Shown piece by piece: positions 22,430 through 35,299 of a stretch of 64,000 nucleotides of DNA. Each line of letters starts with the position of its first letter. Position 1 is the first letter of the stretch. The notes under the pieces are model-generated. The model saw only the letters and a program-made list of their open reading frames with translations, was not told where the DNA came from and ran no database searches. The stretch is taken from NCBI GenBank assembly GCA_964036045.1, contig OZ038379.1, forward strand, positions 20,088,001 to 20,152,000, read 5' to 3'. A program made the translations under genes and the position numbers. The DNA comes from Eutreptiella sp. 'Long Island Sound 2002' (Eukaryota; Protista; Euglenida).

Positions 22430-23935
22430 TGTGGACCCCAAGACGGGAAGGGTAATGTAGCCATCTTGCCCAAAGTTGGGCCATCTCTGATTTTTTCCCC
22501 CGAGGACCCTGAGAAGGTAGGGGTTATGTAACCATTTTGCCCATCTGGGGACTTCTGATTTTGTCCCCGTGCTGAGCATTGGGGAACCCCGAGAAGGCAG
22601 GGGTTGTGTATCCATCTTGTGTAACTGTTTGGGCGTCTAGCCGTACTAGAGACCCATACTTTGTGATTCTAGGGGCATCATTGGTGTTTTGAGAGTAGGT
22701 TTTGATGCTTCTTCCACATTGAGAATATGTCATTTTTTGGATTTTTTCCTTGTCTGAGCCAGCCTTTTTCACACTTTTTTGCCCATTTCCACCACATCCA
22801 CTGTTTTCTAGGGTGATTACTCCCCACCATGGGGACCCCGAGAAGACGGGGGTGATATAGCCATATTGATGAATCGGCAATGCAAGACGGATACCTGGGG
22901 AAATAAAGTGGATATTTTCTACCCGGGTTAAGGCTAGTGGTCTCCCAATCTAGAACCTGCATACTCTGAAATTTTACTTAAATATTATGGTCTAATTCCA
23001 GTTCAAATCTGATCCATTGCCATTTAGTTGCTTGGCCAAGCCATGGCCATGGAAACCCCTGTGCCTTTAGACAGTTGGTGTCCTATATTCCTCACCAATA
23101 CCCGGGGTGGTGACCATCGCCGCTCATGGCCTTTTCCATTATGCATGATGTCTTATGTGAAGGGAAGGTAGCTTGCTATTGTCTTGAGCTAGGGTTGTTT
23201 GGATCACCTAATTTTAAGGGTGTTTGGAAGGGGGCTCTTTGGGGGGAACTTGATCTAAAAGTAGTGCGCAATGCGCATGCACTGCAAGGACGCCCCCTAA
23301 GTAGCCACTTCTGATTTTCTCTCACTGCTGAGCAGTGCTGAGCAGTGGGGATCCCCAAGAAGGCAGGGTTTATGTAGCCATCTTGCCCATATCCGGGTTA
23401 TTTCTGATTTTCTCCCCGTGCTTAGCACTGGAGACGGTAAGGGTTAGGTGGCCACTTCTGATGTCCTCCCTACACTGCGTGTTGGGGATGGCAAGGTTTA
23501 TGTAGCCGTCTTGCGCAGATTTGGGCGATTTCTAATTTTTCTCCCAGACCTAAGCACTGGGCATCCCGAGAAAGAAGGGGTTATGTAGCCATCTTGCCTA
23601 CTTTTGGGCCATTTCTGATTTTCTGCGCATGCTGAGCAGTGGGGACGCCGTGGGGACGCCATCTTGCCCAGATTTGGGCCCTTGAGAAGGCAGGGAGGGG
23701 TTCAGCCTCTTCTGATTTATTCCCTCTGCTTAGCACTGGGGATCCTCGAGAACACAAGGGGGGTTATGTAGCCATGTTGCCCAGATTTGGGCCAATTGTG
23801 ACTTTCTCCCCGTGTTGAGCACTGGGGGCGCCCAAGAAGGCAGGGGTTAGGTAGCCATTTTACCCAAAGTTGCACCATTTCTGAATTCCTCCCCATGCTG
23901 AGCAATGACCTCCTAGAAGGCAGGGGTCAACTACT
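22430..23935 (+). repeat. ~80-85 bp complex satellite in two blocks (22430-22620, 23290-23935)
   Basis: Unit approximately GAGCACTGGGGATCCCCGAGAAGGCAGGGTTATGTAGCCATCTTGCCCAAATTTGGGCCATTTCTGATTTTCTCCCCGTGCT. Associated flanking segments recur at 43110-43260, 43660-43800 and 54290-54420. Confidence 0.85.
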
Positions 23936-24489
23936 TTAAGAAATCATGCTCAACGCCCAGATAACGAACAAAGATCATGCGGCTTTTGCGCCCATAAGCT
24001 GCGCAATAAGTTCCCCCCAACTCTACGAGGAGAAGGAAGACTCTGCCATGAAGAATCAGTGTTAGAGACTTCCTCCTGGACATGCCCAGCCAACAGGTAA
24101 CGCTTGGTCAAAGGAGCTTTACAAAGGTTGTAATGATCTAGTATGTGTGAACCTGAAGCGTAAATTTTTGGTGGCAACAGATGGATTGTTTCACTATGGT
24201 ATGACCACAAAAAATATTCACTCAAGGGGTTACGCCACGGTGACTGCACTGGCACTGCAAATATATGCCGCACACACCGTATTGTTTGGCTGGTTGCATT
24301 TATGTGTCACACTACGTACAATGACATGAAACACACTTCACAGGACTTGTGCTCGAGTCTATGATCGGTCAATGATTGGTTCACTCTTGAGGGTCACTCA
24401 AAATGAAATCCACCTTGCATGCAACCACTTACATGCAACAGACCTTCGCATATTTTTTAGTGATGACTGCAAGTACAGTTGATATCTTC

Positions 24490-25950
24490 ATGCCGCAAGA
24501 GGACAGGCTCTTCTGTGCACATGCACATGAGAGCCTTGTTGCCCAGTGTACGGTTGATTTGGATGAAGACTTGGAGGCGGAATGGTCGTTGCTCCAACTT
24601 CAAGCTGTGGTTCAGCAATGTCTAAAGACGTCAGCAGCCCCAGCACCACCTTCGGAAACTCTCAAAACTGCACCAGGCACACAGGTAGTCCAGGTTGTCG
24701 AACACCCAAAGTCTGTGATAATGGGACTCCCATTTCACGTATTCGGCGACGTCTTCTCCTTTGTTCCTCTCCGTTCCCTCTCGGAGGCTGCCACCGTGTG
24801 CAGCAGTTGGGCCGCAGTGGCCCGCTTTGCTGTGGAGGAGACGGAGAAGAGGGCTGAGCAATATGTGCACGAAGGGTTGCTCCGTATGGCTACCACCAAT
24901 TCTCCTTGGGAAAGCCTCGACAAATTCCAGACTGCCATCGCCGTCTTTCCGAGGATGATTAAGGCATATTATTGGGCGGCAAAGGCCTTTCTCATCCTCA
25001 ATGACTGCGAAGGTGCCATTCGCACCATGGATCGTGCCTTGCAGCAACAACCATCTCGGTCGGAGAGTCTCAAGTTGCAAGCTTGCATCCTGTACACCTA
25101 CGGTGATGACCGCCATGCCAGCGAGCTCCTTGAGGAAGCCCTTCGCTTGGAGCCAAACGATGCCACGATTCACTTTGAGCTCGGGTTTTGTTATCAAGGG
25201 CTTCGAGAATTTGCCAAGGCCATCGATTGTTATGCAGCTGCCCTCCGACTCAATTACACTCGTGCTTTTGTGGCACTGGCGAACCGGGCTGATTGTTGGT
25301 ACCACAGCAACAAGATGGAAGAAGCCTTGGAGGATCTGACAGCCTCGTTGCTTATCTGCCCTCACTACCCCTTGGCTTTGAGGATCCGTGCCATTGTAAA
25401 TGAGCACCTGGGAGATGCCCACGCCGCGCACAAGGACTACACCACCATCATTGAAACTGCGACAGATCCGAAGGTCCAATCCGACGCCTATTGCGACCGC
25501 GCTGTCTGTTTCGGCGACGTGGACGTGGACGACATCGAGCAAGCCCATCGGATCTATCCCAACTACCTGAAACCTGTGCAGTTCAAAGCATCTGCATTGG
25601 TAAACGATGGTCGCGTTGACGAGGCCATCACTTACGTGTCCGAGTGGATGGCAGGCACAACTGCAAACGCAGATCGTGCCAGCCAGTACGCTTTTCGTGG
25701 GGAGCTGTACTCCATCATCCGTGACTGGAAGGCGAGCATTCGAGATTACGAAAAGGCCATAGAACTCACCGAGCATGGCAAGATTCCAGAATACCCGGAT
25801 TACTGCGATGATTACGACGCTCGTGAGACTGTCTCTGCATACTTTGAGCGCCTTGAAGAACTGAAGGCCGAACAACTGCTGGAAGAACAACCGCCTAGAT
25901 TTTCCCTCGCATCCCCCACAGGAAACGATTTTTGGGGGCATTCCAATTAG
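24490..25950 (+). CDS. F-box domain + TPR-repeat protein, uninterrupted ORF
   Basis: F-box motif LPFHVFGDVFSFVPLRSLSEAATVCSSWAAVA, then about 9 TPR-like repeats (e.g. ATIHFELGFCYQGLREFAKAIDCYAAALRLN). The ORF is open from 24403; ATG 24490 follows a CAG at 24476-78. Confidence 0.88.
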   Translation: MPQEDRLFCAHAHESLVAQCTVDLDEDLEAEWSLLQLQAVVQQCLKTSAAPAPPSETLKTAPGTQVVQVVEHPKSVIMGLPFHVFGDVFSFVPLRSLSEAATVCSSWAAVARFAVEETEKRAEQYVHEGLLRMATTNSPWESLDKFQTAIAVFPRMIKAYYWAAKAFLILNDCEGAIRTMDRALQQQPSRSESLKLQACILYTYGDDRHASELLEEALRLEPNDATIHFELGFCYQGLREFAKAIDCYAAALRLNYTRAFVALANRADCWYHSNKMEEALEDLTASLLICPHYPLALRIRAIVNEHLGDAHAAHKDYTTIIETATDPKVQSDAYCDRAVCFGDVDVDDIEQAHRIYPNYLKPVQFKASALVNDGRVDEAITYVSEWMAGTTANADRASQYAFRGELYSIIRDWKASIRDYEKAIELTEHGKIPEYPDYCDDYDARETVSAYFERLEELKAEQLLEEQPPRFSLASPTGNDFWGHSN

Positions 25951-26639
25951 GGAAGGTTTCACATTGTGCATTTCGTCGGATTCGATGCGGTTTGTACGTA
26001 TTTTTATTTGAAAACCCTGGTCAGGACTTCTTTGGCTGACCAACCAGTGTTTTTGTGGGAAAGCAGGAGGTTTGGCGCGAGAGCCATGGCATTGTTGTTC
26101 TACAATGCTGAACAGAGCAGTCCACCTGCACTCTCGCTGATGCTTTACTGTGAAAACCAATTCGTTCAATAGTTCTTGAATTGCACAATTTGCGGCTGGT
26201 AGCCCGCTGTGCACCGCTGCTGCTGCGACCATCACTCAAGCCGCTTTGGACAAATGGACAGATAAAATGAATGTGTGGTTGCTCGCCAGCCTAACAGCTC
26301 CACATTCGCCAAAGCCCCCTAAAATGCCACAGCCCCACACTCCTGTACTTCCCTGTAGTTCCTTATAACCCTATACCCCTAAAGCCCCACACTCCTGAAA
26401 GCCACAGCTCCAGAGCTGCACATAGCCCAAGTGCTCCACACCCCGAAGCTCCGAGAGCTCCTGACTGGCCAAAGATTCCTGCAGTACCACAGTCAGAAAC
26501 CCCTGGAGCCCCAATTTCACACAAAAGCATTGCCCACAACTCCCCCCCCCCCAATACTTACAGCCCAAAGCACCCACAGTTCCACAGCCCGCAACTGTCG
26601 CTTTTTAGACATGGAAAGAATCATGGAAATCGCAATTCA

Positions 26640-27740
26640 TTTTGGCAGGTAGCACAACACAAGGCAAGTTACTCACTGCATATGCAATGGCACACGCAGC
26701 CTGGCACTGTGGGAGACCTGGCCGTTGACGTGATGGAAACGACGCAACATATGGTGTTTTGCCCGTGCAAGGAAGGAGGGCCACAACAGCTGGTGTTGCA
26801 GAAGAGTAGTGTGGTGAAGTAAAGCGAAAGAGGTTTCCTTGAAAGAACCCCCGTTCAGCCATGATCAGCCTCACGCTAGAGGCATGCATTCAACCTCTTT
26901 GACGAACGGGACAACAAATTTTATGTTGATTTGATCACATATTGTTTGTGACAAGATAGGGACAAAATCGTTGGTTCTGCTCATATGCTGCACGCATTGC
27001 AGCGTGGCCTATCTACTGATAATCTGCAGTTCGTGTGGAGGCCCGTTTCGAGTATTATACAGCAGGTCAGACACCAGTGCCAAAGCCTTCGTGCGGTGCC
27101 CTAGTCTGTGTCCGGCTTTGGCGTTGAACAAAAAGCTGGCGCTCTTGAAACCAGCCTGACCGATTGTCATTCTTTGACAATTGGCAGTTGGCACTAAGCC
27201 AATGGTATGTTACAATTCCCTTAACCGTTCCTGCGTGTCAGCTATCATAGGGCTTTGGCCCAACACAGCAATTCCCAAACACAGCAATTGTTGTGGTTCC
27301 AGGGCTCGACAACTCTAGCCCCTAGGAAACTCACCCCCTTTCCGACGCCAACCATTTATGCTGCGGGTGGGTAGTGGTCTTGTTCACTTGTGCCGGGAAC
27401 TCTGTGGTTTTTGTGCATCGTGGCTGTTGCCTAAGATGATCTGAATCTAAACCCTTCTGAACAACAAGGAACATCCATCTACATGTTCTACATTTGTATT
27501 TCTCAACACTTTTGAACAAACGATGCACTTTTGCATATCATACAGCCGCATTTCAACAAAGTGATCAAGAGCTTTACGGTTTGACAGCCACATTTGGAGG
27601 CACCTTGAGCACAGCGCAATTTCGGTCAGTTCGCTGAACCAAAGCATTGTAGTGCATGCCACTAGTGGTGAAGCATACATCCCCTTCTCTGGTTGAGTTT
27701 GCCAATTCCGCAATTTGGAATTTTCTCGAGGAAATTGCAT
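26640..27740 (-). pseudogene. PIF/Harbinger-ISL2EU-like (DDE_Tnp_4) transposase relic
   Basis: Frameshifted minus-strand fragments in the expected order: VDGCSLL, TKALALVSDLLY, LIMAERGF (cf. MADRGF), CAIAYAVSNL. Confidence 0.55.
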
Positions 27741-27789
27741 TATATCAGAGTTTCTTCCAAAACCGGGTCAGGGGCTGGTCCACCCAGTC

Positions 27790-29640
27790 CCTTTACAATA
27801 TTTTGATGCCCACAAACTTTTTTTTCCGACACTTTGCAGCTATAAAATGCCAAGCACATTGACTGCTTGGATTCTTTATTTTGGACCCACAGAGGGTGCT
27901 GCCGCATGGTGCACACCGTACATCAGGGTGTGCATCCTCAACCCTCCTTGCATGTGGGCACCAAGCCACCGTGTCTTTGCGTTTCAAGTCCTGCGGCTTT
28001 GCTGTGCAGCCTGGCCTAGAACGCAGGATGCTTGAATTCTGCAGGGCGCGCGGTGCGTGGGAAGCACCCACACAGCTCCACATCTTAATGCCCAACATCG
28101 TCGCCACAACCCGCAACATGTATGACCATCAACTGAATTCCTTGATCCCTCTGTCCAATATGCAGCCAGGTCCCAACCGATACGAAACATACATCCCTGT
28201 ATCTTGCACATGCCTTGGCACAGTGGGGTTGACAACCAATGGCGACTGCACAACTAGGGACAGTCACTAACCGTTTGCCAGTGACATGGTTTTTAGGGGA
28301 TGGATTCCGCTTGACAGTGTCCCCGAGAAGCATTGGAAGAGGGTATTATTGGACTCCCAATCAAATGGCACTCTTTTGCCCTTGTAAGCACTGTGCCCCC
28401 CCCCCCCCCACCCTGGGGGGTCAAAGTACCAACCTGACACTTGCTCAGCCTTCACGGCACCCTTCCCCCCACACACAGAACAGCGAACCTTGCTGGCCGT
28501 TGTGCTTTGTGGTTACCAACCATTTGCCACGCAGTCAACATTCCCTGAGGGTACCAACAAAAAAATACCAACATTCCTAGATTCCTAGATCAACCAGAAT
28601 GATGCATGGTTTTTGGTGTTTTTGGTGGTCTGCGTCTCTGCACTCTCGAATAAGAATATGTTACCCCAGTCTCTAATATATTCAGTGTCATGTTTGGATT
28701 CCTCCTTCAACATGCATCAACACACAGAGACCTCATAGCAATGCAAACCCTCAGGGTGTGGAACGTAAGATCAGTAGGTGTAGAACGTAAGTGGCACATC
28801 ACTGTGGCAAAACCCCATGACATTAAACGAGGAAGGCACACCTTCGAGTCCCGGCGGTCTGTCCCTTGAGGGAAGTGGGCTGCGGGCTGAAATAAACAAG
28901 CAATTGAGCCAGATTGAGCCAATGCAAGTGTGCCCACACAGTGCATAGTTATCCCCTTTGTCTAGTCCCCCAAGGTGCTCAATTTTTTTTGGCTGCTGTC
29001 GCGATTGGGGTGCACGGTGCACCGCATGCGTGCTGTACACAAATTAGGAAATTTTGAAACCCCTTTACTTGAAGTAAATATATATAGTATTGTCATCATG
29101 GGCCACCAGAAGTGCATTTTTGTGCATCCTTATTCCCTTTGTGTCAATCTGAATATGTTGGTGTTATAGGATGATGTTTCTTGGGGTGCCAGTACAAAAG
29201 TGGTGCAAGCCCGGTGGTACATGGAACCCGGACTACATTTCCTCCATTTGGCCCCTATTGGATATTTATGTCGAATCATTGCTCCGTATAGCTCGTTTTG
29301 GTGTTGTTTTGCATACAGGCAGTAGTGGTGTGGCTTCCTCTCCAGCAGTAGCAACGTCCCACGTCATGTTGAGTGCAGCCTTCCTTGCGTGGACTTGTGC
29401 AATGTACATGATGTTGGCAGTCACCTACGGTAGCGAGCTTGCATGCTGAGCCTTGCAGAGAAGAGTTTTCTTCGCCAAATCTCAATGCATGAGAGTGCAG
29501 ACTCACATGGTGTGTGGGACAGTCTTTGGTGCCCATTTCCAGCTCAAAAGATCTCTATCAGGGGGTTTAAGCCCAGGGATGTGAGCCAGTGTACTGCTGT
29601 GGCAGTGCACATGCAGTGGATCAACTTTTCCTGCCAAATT
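27790..29640 (-). mobile_element. Non-LTR retrotransposon C-terminal relics
   Basis: CCHC-like fragments (WCPHARRVEDAHPDVRC; DCPTHHVSLHSHAL) and IRHKYPIG. Broken frames. Confidence 0.3.
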
Positions 29641-30189
29641 TGCCGTTTTTTTTTTTGGCTGCCAATCTTGTGTTGGCTGCCCATGCTGTTCTTGATTCTG
29701 CAAGGCTGGTGGTGGTGGTGGTGGTCGTCGTCGTCGTTGTCGTGGTGGTGATGGTGGCAGTTCTAGGCATAGCATAGCAACCCATCCCCAAGATGGTGTT
29801 GCAGTGTCACATACTGTCTGGTGTGCATGATTCTCTGACCTTCTCTACCCAAGATGTACTCACCAGCCGGGGTGGTCACATTGGTTGCAGTGCAAGTTTG
29901 CTGTGATCAGGCCTACCAGAAATCTCAGGCATGCGAATCAATGGTTGCCCCAACCGAAAGATATATGTGGCAATCACTGCTATCAGTAAGCAAAATGGCA
30001 GCATTCCAGCATAACCCCCCACCCCACCCCCTTGTCCAAGCAATGCCCTTTGTGATGGCGCCAGACGGCGCCTTGCTGTACAATCTGGACAATGTGTGTT
30101 GCAGCTCCGCCGCGTGAACTTGAAGTGCTGTCGGAACGCCAGAGTGCCCCTGGAGGGTGACGACCATCATCAGTCCATGGCCAAGCACC

Positions 30190-30925
30190 GCCCTTGTCCA
30201 AGCACCACTACCAGGTGAAACCGTCGCTTTTGCAACCGTCAATTTTATGGTTCCACTTCCGGTTTCAGTTTTGTTTGTCCGGTGTTGTGCAAATTTTTCT
30301 TGCCAGAATGAGTACTCTTTTGCTGAAGAACCATTCCGTTTGTGTGTACTGCAGTCCCAAATGCCTTTTTCTCCCAATTGGCTACCCTCTGAAGTACAGA
30401 AGGTCCACTCGGGAAATGGCAAACGGTGTCCTCATTTGCCATCTGGCGACAACTTCGTAAACATCACATATGAGTGGTGAAGTGGTGCTCCATGACCGTG
30501 CGCCCCTAAAGCTGCCCCTAAACCTGCATCCAAGCGCACCAGGGCACCCGCCCAACCTGCAGCCAAAGAAGGTGCTGCTGAGCATGTGCAGTTATTCCGC
30601 ATGCAATACAAGCGGGGCACTGGGTTTTATTTTGGGTTTAATTATGAACCCATGTAGAAGTAATGCACTCGCACCAAAGGAATCCATGAAATGACAAGTT
30701 GCTTCGTAATTTGACAGATTCCAGAGTTCTGCAATGCTGTGTTGCTGCATGTGTGCTTGCATTTTAGCCCATACACACGTTGGGGTAGGGGGGCGCGTCA
30801 CAAGCTGGCAGCGGTTTCGGAAAGGAGGTGCCGCATGTTGTCACCATCCTTGTTCAAGCACCGCTGCCTGGTGAAACCGTTGTTTTCTGTGCCTTTGGTG
30901 TTGCTTGGACAGGGGGGGGGGGGGG
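30190..30925. mobile_element. Non-autonomous TIR element related to the 31653-32238 MITE
   Basis: Left end CCCTTGTCCAAGCA and right end TGCTTGGACAGGGGG are inverted. The left-end block CCTTGT.CAAGCACC.CT.CC.GGTGAAACCGT is directly repeated at ~30848. Confidence 0.55.
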
Positions 30926-31652
30926 GCACCGGAACGGATGGTCTCACGTTGAGGCCTCGCTTACCATTTTCGGTGTTGTGCCAGTTGCAGGTTTGCAGCT
31001 TTGGGCTTTGGAGGGGGTGGGGGGCCCCTCATGGGGGGGGTTATGTTGTGTGCCGTGTGAAAAATAGGCGATTTTGGGCGGAGCACCTGACACAGTGCTC
31101 CTACAGTGCGGAGATTTAGCCATATGGCCATACCAAGCAGCTGTGCATTAAGTACTAGCTAGGCCGGCAGAGGTACAATTTTTGTCCGCTAGTCGGACAA
31201 GGGAAGGAAAATGGGCAATCCAGCAAGCAGATACGGGGCAGATGACTCACAGGGAACCTGTCATGCGATCATACCCCTATCAAGCACAAGCTCCAGTACC
31301 CACACAGGCACAGATTCAGAGCCCGTGGATAAACCCACTCCCTGGAGGATCGGGGGCGTCACAAGCCCCCCAGGACACTGAAGGGATCTCCCATCAACAT
31401 AGCATATCCATGCACAAAGCGCCCCACAACCCACAAGGATGCAACAAGCCAGACCACCTCAGCCTACATATGAGGAGGTAGTGGGAAAAGCCAACAACCC
31501 ATTCACTGCCGCCTAGAGATTCACCATCGTTCATCAGGTAACGGCACAAGAAGAACGGGAACGACAGCGTAGACGGTGTGAACAAGGGTATCATCACGTC
31601 AGGCGACACCAGCAAGAGATACCTACCGAATTTCACCACTGCCGTGTAGATA

Positions 31653-32238
31653 CCCCCCCCCCCCTTGCGCAAGCACGGCCTTGTCTAAGCACGAAGACCC
31701 CGTGTGACCGTTGTTTTGATGGGTTTTTCTGACCATGGTTTTTATGGTCAGAAATTTATTGTTTCATGATTGTGCGCTGATCGTACATGGAAAGAAGGGC
31801 TGGGTCATGTTTGTGATGGTTCCTCTTGCTCACAACAACATTCTGCTTGGTACTGCAACCCAATGGCAATTGTTTTGCTGTATGGGCTAAAGCAGCCCGT
31901 GGGATTTGGGGCCTCGGCCATGTTTTCGAGGGCAAGCTTTACTTCATCAAAGATATTGTTGATGACAGTTTTGTCCCCAAGAATAGAAAGCCTAAACCAT
32001 TCCGTGCCCGTTGATGGGCAGTAAGCACACCAGGACCATGCTGAATTTTGCCTACACGTTGTGTTCTAGTGCCATGTTTGTGAGTGATGTGCTTGGTGTG
32101 GGGTACGGGCAGGTTTTCTGTGTGCAGTGTCTCTTTGTGTTGCGCGTCGCCCGCAAGCACGGGCTTGTCCAAGCACGGGGACCCCGTGTGACCGTTGTTT
32201 TTCTGACCTTGGCCGTGCTTGCGCAAGGGGGGGGGGGG
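31653..32238. mobile_element. MITE with perfect 28-bp TIRs and TA flanks
   Basis: TA|C12-TTGCGCAAGCACGGCC ... GGCCGTGCTTGCGCAA-G12|TA. Internal direct repeat CTTGTC.AAGCACG..GACCCCGTGTGACCGTTGTTTT at ~31680 and ~32164. Confidence 0.88.
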
Positions 32239-34929
32239 TACCATCTAGAAGAGCTGGTGTGAAGACAACGTACGCAGCATATGCACCCATATGTACCCTG
32301 ACCGCCCTTGAAACCCCCCCCTTGCAATCCCCCGCCCCGGGGGGGGGGGTCGTCACTTGACTGTTTTGCTAGGCAATCTCTATTGCGGTGGTTTGTGTTC
32401 CCCATCTGTCACACGCACGTTCTTGCATTGCTTTCCCATCGCTTCAAATCAGTCATCAAATCAGTTTTGCCACATTCCGTTCAAATCAGCCTGGCATATG
32501 TACCGAATGCGGCAAAACTGCAGCCCATTTGGCAAAGGCCCCACAACAGTGGCCAACACATGTGCACCAAATGTGCGTGAGTGGTACCATCACGGGGGGG
32601 CGTGGCCGGGCCCGGTCCTTGTATGCAACACCCCCCCCCCCCGGGTTTTGAGAGATAGTGGTGTTGGGGTCATGACGCCAACGGCGGCGAAGTTTTTTTG
32701 TGCATGCTTCCCTTTCATCAAACCATCCATGTTTTGAGCGCCAAATTAGAAACACACATAACACAAGTGAAGGGACTTTTGCATGGAGGTGGGGGGGAGT
32801 TGGGGGGGGTCGGCTGGAGGGTCGGGGGTGGGGGGCTGGGGGGGGTTCCCAAGGTGGAGGGGCCTACACGCGACCCACTACTACCACATGCATACCTCCG
32901 GGGCGGATGTGTGTCTGGGGCGGGTTTGGGGAAGCTGCTGGTGGCTGTTGTGAAGCAAGGGCTGCAGATGGGCAGGTGTGTCCACAGTGGTTGTGGTGAT
33001 CTTTCACTTTGCAACAAACGACGTTTGTTGAGCGCCTCGTCTTATACACGGTCACCATCTTGGGTCTGAAAAAGGGACGCGACACCCCAGTGCTTCATCT
33101 TCATCAGCCACACCCCCTGTGCCTGACATGCAAACTGTACATCTGCAACAGTTCAACGTGTGCTCTTCTCGTCCTTTGGACCCCCAAAATCGTCTGTGCT
33201 ACATGAATCATATTGGCAGAGCATCAATCCCCAAGTTTTAACAGATAGCTTGGGGGGGTGTCGCATCAGGACCGGTTGTAGTCGCCCCTCTGTGGGTACC
33301 CGATTTCCTGCGAGTGCTCATGGGTAAGGTATCGCGGTATCGGTGGTGGGACTACCCTGACCCCCCTTGAAATACCCCCCCCTCTAGCGTGCAAGGGTCT
33401 CCCCCCTTTTGGGGGGGGGGGGGGGCAAGTGACGGTCTCCTCCCTGAGGGGTGGGTGGATGCAAAGGGTATTTCAAGGCAAACTTTGGTACCCTCCAATG
33501 ATGTTGCTCTGGGACGTGCCCTTGGATTTGGGGACGGTCGGATGAAAGTGCCACCAAAGGTAGGAGGACAACATTGGGGATAGGCAGTGTGGTACATCCA
33601 AGCGCATGCAAAGCCCCCCAACATAATTACGGTTGGCGTAAGCCAGAACCGGACGAGGGACTGTCCCCGGCATCTGTGGTTTAAAGGGGCAGACTAGCTA
33701 GTCAATGCGGTGGTTAGAGTGATTGTGCCACGGCAAAAGTGCAGGGACAAAGAACAGGACGAAGTTCCGCTTGCAGAGCCCGTGACGCCACCGCCACCAA
33801 TTTATGCGCCAAGAAGGACGACCCACTGCGAGAGGTATGTTGTAATGCTGTGGCTGAACCCAATACCCACATGAAGCGTTGATGACATACATTGTCTCGT
33901 ACCGAGTTCTGAAGGCCGGTGACGAGACACGAATGAGAAGGTGCGCTAGCGCTCGCATCCGTATTGTACGTGATGGCAGCAACCTCGACCAATGGGAACA
34001 TTCGAGCCGTACATCGTCAGTACACGAGGCTAAGAAGCCTTTATGCTCGGTGAGGCTTGGCGCCCGCCTTCGTGTTCGACGGGATGGCGGCGGCCTCCAA
34101 GTTGGTGGTGCCTTCAGCACTAGTGGTGACCTCTAGCCACAAGGGTTGGACGTTACCTCAAATCCCAGCCTGAGGGACAGAGTCTTGACCTCAAGGCATG
34201 AGACTGACAAGGTTGAGGAGGGTACAGGGCAAACACGTACAACAGCTGCAACACTCATACAACAGAGAGTCCCCATTTTGCTAGAAATAAGTGGGATGGG
34301 CACCTATGTCATTGGCAGGCAACACCACAATTGAAAGAATCAAAACACAAGGTTTTCAGAGATGGAACATTCCAGTTGAAATGCTATGGATGCATAATGC
34401 GGCCACAGTGTGAAGGTTTGAAAGATGGAGATACTATGACAACAGACAATTGTGTGTGACCCCACATTCCTAGCTAGAGTGCAGCGAGTAGGAGGAATGG
34501 AGGGGAATGGACAGCACATGGATAGTTGGGAGGGGGATGAGGTGTATTTACAAAGATGAACAAGGTGTTTGGCAACGGAGGGAGGATCCACAAACTGTAT
34601 CACAAAGCACAGCCGATCATTGGGGATGGATGCCGGTGGCACCATACATGACACCAAAAGGGTGATGCCGGGACCGGCACTCAATCCTTCTGTTTGGCCT
34701 TTTTCCTTGTTTCCTTCTTCTGCAGGGGGTTGTTCGTTCGTGCTCTGCTCGTTGTGTGTGTTGTTCCGTTGGTTTGTTGTTGTTGCTTTCTCTCTCGCTT
34801 TTTCTCCCGTGCCATCGCCAGTTTTTCATGCTACTTGTTTTGCAAAAGTGATGCCGATCCTTTGCCCTCGCCCCCCTTTCCTTTTCCTTTTCCTTCTCCT
34901 TCCTCTTCTCCTTTCATCACTTTTCTATT

Positions 34930-35170
34930 CCCAGACTTGTTTGCACTTGTGTGCGACAGGGTTGGCTTTGCATCCCCTATCCTTGAACGAAAATTTGGTT
35001 CGGCATCACGTGTTGCATTCTTTCCAAGCCTAGATATGACCCGTATGTGGGGGGCAGAATGTATTGTTCCGTGTACGGATGTGAGGTAGAACAATCAAAG
35101 TTTAAGGAGGAAGACGAGCAGCCGGAAGAAGAGGAAAGGGAATTGTTGAACACAATCCAGAACAAGCTGA
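34930..35170 (-). pseudogene. Non-LTR reverse transcriptase fragment
   Basis: The minus strand LNFDCSTSHPYTEQYIL...MQHVMPNQIFVQG resembles RT domains 1-2 and is similar to the fragment at 59390-59700. Confidence 0.4.
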
Positions 35171-35299
35171 CCACACAGTGCAGCGCATCTCGCGCCCCAA
35201 GATACCCCGCCCTCCCGCAGAGGGACTATACAACTCCGAGAGCTTAGAGGAGGACCCTGAACTCCGTGCCAGCAGACTGTAGGTTGCCACCCACTGCTT

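Noticed and set aside
22430-23935. Regularly spaced repeats as a CRISPR-like array
   Set aside because: Whole units are degenerate tandem copies with no unique spacers, in a eukaryotic context.
24631-26235. 534-aa minus-strand ORF
   Set aside because: It is the antisense shadow of the F-box/TPR gene and has no domain features.
33389-34140. Gene-like, moderately GC-rich stretch
   Set aside because: Frames are interrupted and no motif was recognised. It is bordered by repeat-type ends.
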